Shown: piece after piece, positions 8,805 through 17,320 of the stretch
Numbering within the stretch: position 1 is the first letter of the stretch
How the letters are laid out: every line of letters begins with the position of its first letter
From: Candidatus Pacearchaeota archaeon
Lineage (GTDB): Archaea; Nanobdellota; Nanobdellia; Pacearchaeales; GW2011-AR1
Assembly: GCA_018303825.1 (NCBI GenBank)
Contig: JAGVXK010000009.1
Location: forward strand, 1-41,915
DNA: 41,915 bases
Direction of reading: 5' to 3'
The notes under the pieces: generated by a model
Seen by the model: the letters and a program-made list of their open reading frames with translations, nothing else
What the model was told of the DNA's origin: nothing
Database searches by the model: none
Translations under genes and position numbers: made by a program

Positions 8805-9868
8805 TTAATTCATGTTGACTAAAATTGACAGTTCTTTCCGAATTTGCACTCTTTTGTTAATATCTTTTTCTTTGTTCAATTTTTCTAAAAGAATATTTAT
8901 TCTTTCATCCCTCGATAAATCAATTGCGAGCTCCTGAGAAGGTTTTAATTTAGATTCAAGAATGGCTGTTCGGACTACTTCGTAATATCTTTCAAATCTT
9001 ACTGCAAGTTTGTCAAAAAGCATTCCATGCGTACTGAAAGAGCTGTCTCTTCTTTTTCTTATGTCTGAAGCATCGGAATAAAGCTCAGCAGCTTCCTCTT
9101 TCCTATTGTCTGACTCTTCTAGGAATCCTGAAGCCATGAAAAACAATCTGAAATCTCCGTTTAATTGGTATATCATCGCCTTTTCAAGTTTTGATGGGGT
9201 TTTTTCTGCCCTGTTCTTCACTTCTTTTTTATCAAATCCAGCATAATGAACTAAAAGAGAATTTTCATTTCCAATTATAAATCTTGCTCCCTTAATAATT
9301 AAATAAATCATAACATCATCCTCAAAACCAAGAAGATTCAGCCTTCTATCGTAATTTCTGTAAACTAATTCATGAAAATTTTTTGGATTTTCTGCCTGGC
9401 CTTTAAAAAGGTTTTCTAAATCTTGAATATCCCTCGTTTAATTTTATTCCGAAAAATTTGCAAGCTTTGCCTATTGCAATACAAAATTCTAAGAGAACCT
9501 CTTTTTCCCCAGAAGAATAACCTTCCATTAGACTTTTTCTAATGATTAGTTTAAATACTTGATTATAATCTGAAATATACTTTGATAAATTCAGTAATAT
9601 TCGTGTTCCGAAATGCTATTGAATTCTGGCCCCATAATTGATGCAACTGGAAACGATATACTCCGAAATCTTTCCGGAACTGGAGAGATTTTAGGGGCAA
9701 ATATATTGTTTTTCTCAATTTCATATGGTGGGCTTTTTGGAAGATTATAGTTTCTCGCACTTAAAGGATATTCGGTCAATAATCTTAACATTTTTTCAAA
9801 TTTTTCAAGACTTTTTTCTACTTCAATCCATTCTTTAGATTTTCTGAGTTTTTTTCAACCAAATCCAT
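8805..9868 (-). pseudogene. Hypothetical gene broken by three frameshifts
   Basis: ATG 9868 MDLVEK | shift in A7 run | LRKSKEWIEVEK...SISEH | shift near 9610 | TRILLNLSKY...MEGYSSGEKEVLLEFCIAIGKACKFFGIKLNE | shift near 9435 | RDIQDLENLF... continuing in frame into ORF 8805..9311. Confidence 0.6.
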
Positions 9869-9978
9869 GCTATTAAAGATAATACTATAGTTATAAATTT
9901 TTCTAAAACACTAGGGATAAGATTAATATATAGATAATCCTCTTAGAGATAATAAAAAATCACAAAAAGAGGACAAAA

Positions 9979-11376
9979 ATGCTAAAAGAAAATAAGTTAA
10001 TTGCTTCGGATGGCAATTTTGCGGAGAAGCTTGTTGATGACTTAAAATTAAGGGAAGAGGCTAGAAAGATAAGTATAAAAGAGTCTGCTGTTTCTGGATT
10101 TTCATCTGGTGTTGGAGACAACTATGTCACTTTATTTGGCCTTGCATTGAACGCGAATGCAACCCAAATTGGTTTTTTAAGCGCTTTTCCGGGATTATTA
10201 TCGCCAATATCTCAGTTCTTTGGCTCTAAATTGATGGAAAAACAGCCAAGACAGAAAATAGTTGCAAAATATGTTCTTATGCAAGCATTGATGTGGATAC
10301 CGATTGCTATTCTTGGAATTCTTTTTTGGAAATTAATTGCTATTAGGAGTTTGCCCTGGCTGCTTATATTTTTATATTCTATTCTTGCGATTGTTGGTGG
10401 CTTGATTGGTCCAGCTTGGTTTTCATGGATGGGAGATATTGTTCCAGCAGAAGAAAGAGGAAAGTATTTTGGAAGAAGGAATAAAATAGCTCATGGATCA
10501 AGCATAATTGCAATATTAATCGGATCTATTGTCTTGGACAGATTTGCAACACATGGCCTTGCTGTAATTGGATTTGCAATATTGTTCTCTGCTGCTTTTA
10601 TTTCAAGGATAATGGCTTACTTTTATTTAAAGAAGCAACACGAACCAAAACTCGAATTGAAGAAGGATTATTACTTCTCTTTCTGGGCGTTTCTTAAGAA
10701 ATATACTAATTTTACGAAATTTACTATTTACATTGCATTATTCAATCTTGCCTTGGCAATCGCCTCCCCATTCTTCACGGTCTATATGAAAGAAAACCTT
10801 GGACTTAGTTATATAATGATTATGATTGTAAATATGAGTATGCTTGCGTTCATATTATTATTCAATCCTCTTGTCGGAAAATTCTCAGACAAATATGGCA
10901 ATCTGAAGTTGATGTACATGGGAAGTTTTCTTCTTGCCCTTTATCCTGTTGGGTGGATATTTATAAAGAATCCAATCTTGCTTATTGCAATTGTGCAATT
11001 GATTGGAGGAATAGGGAACGCAGCCTATGCCCTCTCGCTTACAAATTTCATATATGACACTGTGACACCTCAAAGGAGAGGACTTTGTTTGGCTTATTTG
11101 AACATTCTCGCAGGAATAGGATTATTTATAGGACCATTGATAGGAGGTTACATTATAGACAATATCAATGTAACTTTTATGAGACCAATATTAATTGTAT
11201 TTGTTATATCGGCGATGGGAAGGTTTGTCGCGCCCACTTTTTTCCTTCCAAAGATAAAAGAGCTTAGAAAATTCCAGGAATTTCCATTCTCTACATATAT
11301 GTCATATCCGGCAACAGCAGTCATGAGATTAACAAGACAATTTGTGCATACAAGTTATTCCAAGAAAAAAGATTAA
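9979..11376 (+). CDS. Major facilitator superfamily transporter
   Basis: About 12 TM helices; WMGDIVPAEERGKYFG and GKFSDKYG (motif A-like) loops. Confidence 0.9.
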   Translation: MLKENKLIASDGNFAEKLVDDLKLREEARKISIKESAVSGFSSGVGDNYVTLFGLALNANATQIGFLSAFPGLLSPISQFFGSKLMEKQPRQKIVAKYVLMQALMWIPIAILGILFWKLIAIRSLPWLLIFLYSILAIVGGLIGPAWFSWMGDIVPAEERGKYFGRRNKIAHGSSIIAILIGSIVLDRFATHGLAVIGFAILFSAAFISRIMAYFYLKKQHEPKLELKKDYYFSFWAFLKKYTNFTKFTIYIALFNLALAIASPFFTVYMKENLGLSYIMIMIVNMSMLAFILLFNPLVGKFSDKYGNLKLMYMGSFLLALYPVGWIFIKNPILLIAIVQLIGGIGNAAYALSLTNFIYDTVTPQRRGLCLAYLNILAGIGLFIGPLIGGYIIDNINVTFMRPILIVFVISAMGRFVAPTFFLPKIKELRKFQEFPFSTYMSYPATAVMRLTRQFVHTSYSKKKD

Positions 11377-11393
11377 CGGAAAAAAATTATTAA

Positions 11394-11621
11394 TTATTTT
11401 TCAATAGTTTTCAATAATCCTATTTTTATCTTGCACTCACCATTAAACTTCGAAGTGCCGCCATGCTCCCCGCACATATACCTCATCATGTCAGTATTAT
11501 ATTTATCTAAGCTATTGAATAAACCTTGTCTTTTTTTATCGGCATCTGCCCCGGCTTGTGCAATCCTAACTTGACAAGTATCATAGAATTGGCATTTTCC
11601 CATTGTAATGCTACAATACAT
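11394..11621 (-). CDS. Small Cys-rich hypothetical protein
   Basis: CQFYDTC...MCGEHG...C; ORF track. Confidence 0.5.
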   Translation of the reverse strand: MYCSITMGKCQFYDTCQVRIAQAGADADKKRQGLFNSLDKYNTDMMRYMCGEHGGTSKFNGECKIKIGLLKTIEK

Positions 11622-11690
11622 GCCTTTTTAAATATTTATTCAATAAAGAGAATATTATGCTCATGTTAAGTTTGTTCTTCAAAATAAAAA

Positions 11691-11786
11691 ATGAAATCAA
11701 GAGTAATAAAAAACAAGTTCATATTTAACAATACAATGATTATTGCACTCAGATATTGTGAAAGTTGCGAAGGTCTATATATTTGA
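11691..11786 (+). CDS. Possible 31-aa CxxC mini-protein at the distal edge of the cassette array
   Basis: ATG 11691, MKSRVIKNKFIFNNTMIIALRYCESCEGLYI*, TGA 11784-11786; below the ORF-track cutoff. Confidence 0.25.
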   Translation: MKSRVIKNKFIFNNTMIIALRYCESCEGLYI

Positions 11787-11927
11787 GCAATTTCGAGTAA
11801 TCTGCTGTTGCTTGACCGAACGAAGTGAGGCACGAGTGGAGCAAAAAGCGACCTCGTGAGTTTTAATTTTTCTTTCAGGGTAGGGGATTGGAAAACAAGA
11901 GATTTAAATTTTAGCCGAAGAAAAAAT

Positions 11928-11948
11928 TTCACCTAATTATCTTATGTT
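11928..11948 (+). repeat. Boundary site A (divergent): TTCACCTAA-TTATC-TTATGTT
   Basis: TAA-5nt-TTA dyad at the same position relative to the downstream hairpin block as site C. Confidence 0.5.
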
Positions 11949-11954
11949 CTCGGC

Positions 11955-12060
11955 TCCTCGAAACGAGCCTCGAAAAATGGAGTTTTTCAGAGGTGCGAGT
12001 TTCAGAGATGAAACAACGAGGAAAATTAATTTAATACAAACTTTAGTAGGGCGGGGGACG
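11955..12060 (+). repeat. Hairpin-rich spacer, copy 1 of an approx. 106-bp direct repeat
   Basis: Near-identical to 13170-13277; differences fall in a stem (GAAAAA/TTTTTC versus GCAAAAT/ATTTTGC) and just before the G-tract. Confidence 0.9.
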
Positions 12061-12103
12061 ACACACCGATAATTTTATAAACTCTATAGTAATAACATAA
12101 ACT

Positions 12104-12451
12104 ATGAAACTAAAATATATGGGCAGGGCTGTTGGAGTATTTGATGCAGTAGCTTGGGTTATCGCAACTTCTCTTTGTTATAAAGTCCTCTCTAATGCTA
12201 ATTATAATTTTTTTATGGAAGAACATCCGATTGAACATAAGTTAATTGGGGGAGCTTATTTGGGACTTGTTGCTGCTTTTGTTCCAATTTCTGCCATGGG
12301 AATAACTGATGGAATTGTCGATGTAGTAAAAGGAACTCACCATTATTTTGGATTAAAAGTTTGGCAGAAATTGACTAGAAATCAAGAAACAAAAGCTAAA
12401 ATTCAATCGGATTTGGAAAAACAATTAGAGAGGATTGAACAGCCCTGCTAA
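12104..12451 (+). CDS. Hypothetical membrane protein (module A cargo)
   Basis: Two hydrophobic segments; TTTATAA 12074-12080 is 24 nt before ATG. Confidence 0.7.
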   Translation: MKLKYMGRAVGVFDAVAWVIATSLCYKVLSNANYNFFMEEHPIEHKLIGGAYLGLVAAFVPISAMGITDGIVDVVKGTHHYFGLKVWQKLTRNQETKAKIQSDLEKQLERIEQPC

Positions 12452-12529
12452 TTCTTTAGGTGTGCCGTCTGGGTGGGGGTTGGAAATAGATTAAATTAAT
12501 TTTCCGAAGAGTTTTCTCAGCAGAGACAA

Positions 12530-12551
12530 TTGAGTCTAATGGCTGTTAGTT
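12530..12551 (+). repeat. Boundary site B: TTGAGTCTAA-TGGCTG-TTAGTT
   Basis: Matches sites C, D, E. Confidence 0.75.
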
Positions 12552-12663
12552 TCTCCGAGTGAAACGAGGACGAGATTTTAATGTAATGTTCCCGAAGGGA
12601 AAAATCTCGAGTTCAAAGCGCCGAGTCAAAAGATTTATAATGTTTAACAGATTATATTCTATC

Positions 12664-13140
12664 ATGCGATATGAATTTGAGGATAGGGGCGAGACGACCA
12701 TTGTTGATACAAAACAATTGGATTACGAAGCAATTTGGGATGCCTTAAGATTGAGGAATGGACAAAGAGAAGGAGCAAATAAAATTATGGATTTATACAA
12801 TTCTGCCGACTTTAATGATAGAATTCTCATAGTTACTGCATGTTCTTGGATGAAGCCAGGTAATAGAGAAGCGCAGCGACATCAAGCAGACCATTATAGA
12901 ACAAGAATTGAATTAGAAAGGACTGCGCAAGATAATGGATTAGTTAAAAAATTATTACATAATGGAATTCTTAAGCTTCATCCAAAGTGGAGACCCCACT
13001 TAATTACGAGAAAAGAAGAGGAAGGCATAATTGTAATTGGTCCAGGACATCAAAGGCATTCCCAAGCACCATATAGATTAGATGTTTGGCGACTTCATGA
13101 ATTGGAGTCGAGCCCCGAGCTTGAATACGAGGCGCTTTGA
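12664..13140 (+). CDS. Hypothetical protein (module B cargo); start probably 12664 or 12640 rather than GTG 12559
   Basis: The upstream part of ORF 12559 is hairpin/IR sequence; TTTATAA 12634-12640 lies 24 nt before ATG 12664; stop codon lies inside the right IR. Confidence 0.65.
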   Translation: MRYEFEDRGETTIVDTKQLDYEAIWDALRLRNGQREGANKIMDLYNSADFNDRILIVTACSWMKPGNREAQRHQADHYRTRIELERTAQDNGLVKKLLHNGILKLHPKWRPHLITRKEEEGIIVIGPGHQRHSQAPYRLDVWRLHELESSPELEYEAL

Positions 13141-13141
13141 A

Positions 13142-13162
13142 TTGAGCATAATTATGTTAGTT
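13142..13162 (+). repeat. Boundary site C: TTGAGCATAA-TTATG-TTAGTT
   Basis: Matches sites B, D, E. Confidence 0.8.
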
Positions 13163-13169
13163 TCCTTTT

Positions 13170-13277
13170 TCCTCGAAACGAGCCTCGCAAAATGGGACAT
13201 TTTGCAGAGGTGCGAGTTTCAGAGATGAAACAACGAGGAAAATTAATTTAATAGTTACTTTCGTAGGGCGGGGGACG
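13170..13277 (+). repeat. Hairpin-rich spacer, copy 2
   Basis: Near-identical to 11955-12060. Confidence 0.9.
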
Positions 13278-13352
13278 GAAAAAGCTTTTTGATTCTTTTT
13301 CCTAAAAAGAAGAAGTTATGGGGCACTTTTCGTTTAGTAACTTTGTTTAATA

Positions 13353-13670
13353 TTATTCCCAAAGAGATTCTCGAGCTGCATCTTCTGAAATTCCTCTAGA
13401 TATAGCTAAAGTTTTAATTTCTAAATCTCCAACATCTACACCCAATATTCCAGAAAGTAAGTGTTGACTTTTATCATCTCCAACAGCGTTTCTAAACTCT
13501 CTGATGGCTGAGCATATATTCCCTGCATAAGTACTTCTTTCACTGGGGGTATATTCGGGGTTATATGGTCTTTCCAAGTCCATATTTAATAAATTTTTAA
13601 CTATTCTTCCAGCTACATTCATTTGGAAATTATCACAGACGGTATATCTTATTTGTGTTTGTCTTGTCAT
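13353..13670 (-). CDS. Hypothetical protein (module C cargo 1)
   Basis: ORF track, 105 aa; no family recognised. Confidence 0.6.
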   Translation of the reverse strand: MTRQTQIRYTVCDNFQMNVAGRIVKNLLNMDLERPYNPEYTPSERSTYAGNICSAIREFRNAVGDDKSQHLLSGILGVDVGDLEIKTLAISRGISEDAARESLWE

Positions 13671-13793
13671 TTTGTTTTATCCTCGTAACTTTCGTTACAA
13701 TAGAGTAGTCGCAAGGTATCTTATATAGTTTATCTCCCTCTTGGTGAGGTGTAAATAGAAAGATTTATATAACTGAAAAGCTTCTCTTAAAAT

Positions 13794-14540
13794 ATGAATG
13801 AAAAATTGCTTGAAGAAATTGGTTTGACTAAAGGAGAAATTAGAGTATATTTTACCTTGTTGAAGATAGGCGAGACTACAACAGGCAAGATAATCGAAGA
13901 GGCTCAAATATCCAGTGGTAAAATATACGAAATATTAGATAAGCTCATAAAAAAAGGACTTGTTGGCTTTATTATAAAAGAAAAAACAAAATATTTTAGT
14001 CCTGCTTCTCCAAATAGAATTTTAGATTATATTCACGAAAAAGAAAAAGAGCTTAATCAAAAAGAGCAAGAACTTGTAAAAGAATTGCCTTCTCTTATAG
14101 CGATAGGAAAAGCTGAGAAAGAGAAGAAAGAAACACATTTATTCAAGGGATTTAAGGGAATACAAACAGCAATTTTTGAAGCTCTAGAAGATTTAACTTC
14201 AAAAGATGAAGTTCTTGCGATGGGTATTCGTTCATCTAAAGAAGAAAGGTTTAATCTTCTCTGGCAAAGATGGCATATAGAAAGAGTAAATAAAAAGATA
14301 GTTTGTAAAGCCATTTTTTCAGATAAAAATACAGAGTATTACAAAACTTTTAAGAAAATGAAGTTTGTAGAAGTTAGAATTTTGGAAGGAGTTACGCCTT
14401 CTGCAATTGATGTAATGAAAGATAGAGTCTTAATTTTTACTTATGGAGAAGAACCATCTTGTTTGTCTATAAAAAATCCTGAAATCGCAGAGTCATTTAA
14501 GTCTTTCTTTGAGAATTTATGGAAAGTTGCAAAGAAGTAG
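13794..14540 (+). CDS. TrmB-family transcriptional regulator (module C cargo 2)
   Basis: LEEIGLTKGEIRVYFTLLKIG...IYEILDKLIKKGLV wHTH followed by PLD-like sensor region ending FKSFFENLWK; TTTATATA 13764-13771. Confidence 0.88.
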   Translation: MNEKLLEEIGLTKGEIRVYFTLLKIGETTTGKIIEEAQISSGKIYEILDKLIKKGLVGFIIKEKTKYFSPASPNRILDYIHEKEKELNQKEQELVKELPSLIAIGKAEKEKKETHLFKGFKGIQTAIFEALEDLTSKDEVLAMGIRSSKEERFNLLWQRWHIERVNKKIVCKAIFSDKNTEYYKTFKKMKFVEVRILEGVTPSAIDVMKDRVLIFTYGEEPSCLSIKNPEIAESFKSFFENLWKVAKK

Positions 14541-14640
14541 TTTAGAAAAGTGCCCATTATAGTCATCTCTGAAAAGAATTTTCAGCTATCTTTTCGTGCT
14601 TTTTCCGTCGGGTGGGGGAGGTAATAAGCAGACTTGCGAA

Positions 14641-14661
14641 TTGAGCCTAACGATGTTAGTT
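14641..14661 (+). repeat. Boundary site D: TTGAGCCTAA-CGATG-TTAGTT
   Basis: Contains GCCTAAC and GTTAGTT, i.e. integron-like RYYYAAC and GTTRRY cores only 3 nt apart. Confidence 0.8.
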
Positions 14662-14836
14662 TCCCCTTGCCTCGCGAAGACCCCTCCAATAACGAAGTTA
14701 TTGAGAGTGGGGCTGAGCAGAGCTGCAAGGGTTCGAAGAAAACCGTAGTTTTCTGAGAAAGTATGACGGAGGCGGCGGGCGAAAGTTATTCTTAATTATA
14801 TAAATATTTATAAGTAAGAAGGTGTTGTTAATTATC

Positions 14837-15064
14837 ATGATACTTGATCAACCGGAAAATTGGGGTGGTTTGGAAAATGAATTGGTTGGCACTCCGACAC
14901 CTTCTTACGACCCACAAAAGGCTGCTGAACAATTATATCAGTTCATACAAAAACAACCTTATGAAACTGTAGCACAATTTCAGATGATGGTAAATGAAAA
15001 GCCTTTTGTGCCATATAATAGACCCGCTATAAAATGCGGCAAGGTTGTTCCAGATTCTCATTGA
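14837..15064 (+). CDS. Hypothetical small protein (module D cargo)
   Basis: TTTATAA 14807-14813 is 24 nt before ATG 14837; flanked by GGCGGCGGGC/GCCCGCCGCC. Confidence 0.6.
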   Translation: MILDQPENWGGLENELVGTPTPSYDPQKAAEQLYQFIQKQPYETVAQFQMMVNEKPFVPYNRPAIKCGKVVPDSH

Positions 15065-15082
15065 GCCCGCCGCCGAGTAATA

Positions 15083-15103
15083 TTGAAACTAATTATGTTA
15101 GTC
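15083..15103 (+). repeat. Boundary site E: TTGAAACTAA-TTATG-TTAGTC
   Basis: Matches sites B, C, D. Confidence 0.8.
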
Positions 15104-15412
15104 GACCCTATCGAGATGAGCATCCTCGAAAAAATGGAGTTTTTTCAGAGCTGATGTGAATACTCCTGATAGGGCAAGAAAACAAAGAATATTGTTTTCG
15201 CAGAGTAAAAATCACTTTTCAGGGTGGGCATCGTATTAGAGAAGGCACTAGTTTCGTTTCATGGGGGGCTGAGTATCTAAGTTTTGCTTCTTTTTCTAAA
15301 AGAAGTTTTTAGTTAATTACCAAAGTTTTTTTGATTTTCTTCTTCGACCATCGCTAAACAAAGCTTTTCTTGCTTGTCCTTTTGAAGTTTTTGGTCCTGT
15401 TTTCTTTACCAT

Positions 15413-16897
15413 CTAAGATTTTACCCCCTTTTCAACTATTCCATTTTTATCACAAACCCAATAACCATTTTCTACTAACGAAGGAGAATTACTTATACTT
15501 CCTTGTAAAATGTAGATTGGAAATTCTGAATTATCTAAATACCATTCCGTAAAGAATTTCGCTCGATTACGATTAATCTCTATTTCTTCTGGAAATAAAT
15601 CATAAATCCAATTTTTTGCATCGTTATAATTATCAAAGTATTCAGAACGATATAACTTAGAACTTTGTGATGCTTCATTAAATTTTGTTTTACAAAAATC
15701 TAAAAAATCTTGATTGGATTGAATAACAACATTAGAATTTTCTGAACCATTTGTTACATTATTAATCTTCTTTTGATTTTCTTGTGGATTATTAAAAAGC
15801 AAAAAAACAGCAAAGATTAGTAATAATGAGATAATAAAAATTGAGGAGATTTTAAAAATTTTAAAGAATCTTTTCTTTTTCTCTAAAGACCTGGCTTTTT
15901 TTAATTCATATTCAAAACTTTTTCTTTCGGCGTTAGCAAATCCTTTTTTGCTTACACCCATACTTCTTACCTTTCCCCTAAGTTTCTCGTAATCCTCTTT
16001 AGATATTTTTCCATTGTCTCTTAATTCTTCTAAATCATCGATTTTCGTATCTCCCCATTTTTCATCTTCTAAATTTTCTTCTTGTTTTTCGATAAAAGTT
16101 TTTATTTTTTCAATATCAATAATTTTCCCAGATTTTCTAGATAAATCAATGTCGTTCCTAATTTTATCTAATATCAAATACCTCTTGTTAAAATCTAAGT
16201 CTAATTTCTTAACCATAGAAAATAATTCTTCTAATTCTATGTCCTCTACTCTACTTTCAGCTTGTTCATCTACTTCTCTTTCTTTCTCAAGAAGAATCTC
16301 GTTTTCAATTTTTTTAAGCTGAATTTCTCGTTTAGTATAATCTGAAAATTCTAATTTTTCTAATTGCTCAAAAATTGACCTTTTCTTATTTTTATCCTCA
16401 ATTTTTTCAATTTTGTCATAAAGAGAAGTTAATTTCTGTTCTTCTTCATCTTTTACCCTTTTTAGAACTTCTTTAATCTCGAGATTTTTCCCAACTTCTT
16501 CATATAAATCGACTAAATCTAATCTCTGGAGTTTTCTCCAATAATCTTCATTCCATAAGCATATTCCCTTTTTCTTTAAATTCATTATATATTCATCAGA
16601 TAAATTTTTATGCCCGGTTATAGCTAAGATAAGTTTATCTGCTTCTAAAGATTTTCCGTCTTCAACTAAATCTTCTATTACTTCTTCTATGTTTTCAAAA
16701 GGAAATTTTGCATAATCTTTACATTGAATTAAAATCTTTAGATTGCCTTTTATTGCTAAAACATCTTGTTCTGATTTTCGTCCATCTTCCTTTCTTGTAA
16801 AAATATGATTCCTTACAATAAAACCAATTCTTTGAAATAAGTCAAACATTTCTCTTTCAAATTTATCCCCCATCCTATCTCTGTTTTCGTCTTTCAT
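15413..16897 (-). CDS. PD-(D/E)XK (Mrr-like) restriction-endonuclease domain + coiled coil + TM protein (module E cargo)
   Basis: GDKFEREM...EQDVLA...LIQCKDY nuclease motif; long charged helical region; TM IFKISSIFIISLLLIFAVFLLF. Confidence 0.72.
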   Translation of the reverse strand: MKDENRDRMGDKFEREMFDLFQRIGFIVRNHIFTRKEDGRKSEQDVLAIKGNLKILIQCKDYAKFPFENIEEVIEDLVEDGKSLEADKLILAITGHKNLSDEYIMNLKKKGICLWNEDYWRKLQRLDLVDLYEEVGKNLEIKEVLKRVKDEEEQKLTSLYDKIEKIEDKNKKRSIFEQLEKLEFSDYTKREIQLKKIENEILLEKEREVDEQAESRVEDIELEELFSMVKKLDLDFNKRYLILDKIRNDIDLSRKSGKIIDIEKIKTFIEKQEENLEDEKWGDTKIDDLEELRDNGKISKEDYEKLRGKVRSMGVSKKGFANAERKSFEYELKKARSLEKKKRFFKIFKISSIFIISLLLIFAVFLLFNNPQENQKKINNVTNGSENSNVVIQSNQDFLDFCKTKFNEASQSSKLYRSEYFDNYNDAKNWIYDLFPEEIEINRNRAKFFTEWYLDNSEFPIYILQGSISNSPSLVENGYWVCDKNGIVEKGVKS

Positions 16898-16898
16898 C

Positions 16899-17120
16899 TT
16901 ATTTGTTATCTCCTTCTATCTTTATATTCTCTAGGTTTCCACATTTCCTACATAATAATTTTTTATCTTTTCTTCTAATATAGACAAATGAAGAACCGCA
17001 TTTTGAACACCTAAATCCGGTTTCATCTTCTCTAACATATTTTTTTAGAAGTTTGTTTAAATTAAAAACTTCTTCATTTATTTTACTCATTCTCTCTAAA
17101 ATTTCTTTACTTATATCCAT
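16899..17120 (-). CDS. Small zinc-ribbon protein (module E cargo)
   Basis: CSKCGS...CRKCG; likely start MDISKE at 17120 (ORF track GTG 17144 is too close to the TATA box at 17149-17158). Confidence 0.7.
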   Translation of the reverse strand: MDISKEILERMSKINEEVFNLNKLLKKYVREDETGFRCSKCGSSFVYIRRKDKKLLCRKCGNLENIKIEGDNK

Positions 17121-17320
17121 TTTGTGTGTAATGTTCACACTCACACATTATTTATAAACCTTTGGGTGTTGTATTAGTTATTCGAAGTCAGCCCCCTTCG
17201 TAATAAAATCGAGCAAACGGAAGTTTGCGAGCAAAATGTGGCGAAGCCACTAATAAAATAGTTCAGCCCCCCGTTCGTGTGCCTTCTCCTATTGGGTGGG
17301 AAAGAAAAGGGATTTTTATT

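Noticed and set aside
11666-11932. ORF 11666..11932 (-)
   Set aside because: Antisense reading of repeat/hairpin DNA with no protein-like composition.
12559-12663. N-terminal extension of ORF 12559..13140
   Set aside because: Runs through hairpins and the left clamp; a TATA box lies within it.
13142-13162. Chromosomal dif site
   Set aside because: Arms resemble dif but the centre is 5 nt and there are at least four similar sites at module junctions; a single-copy dif role is unlikely, though not excluded.
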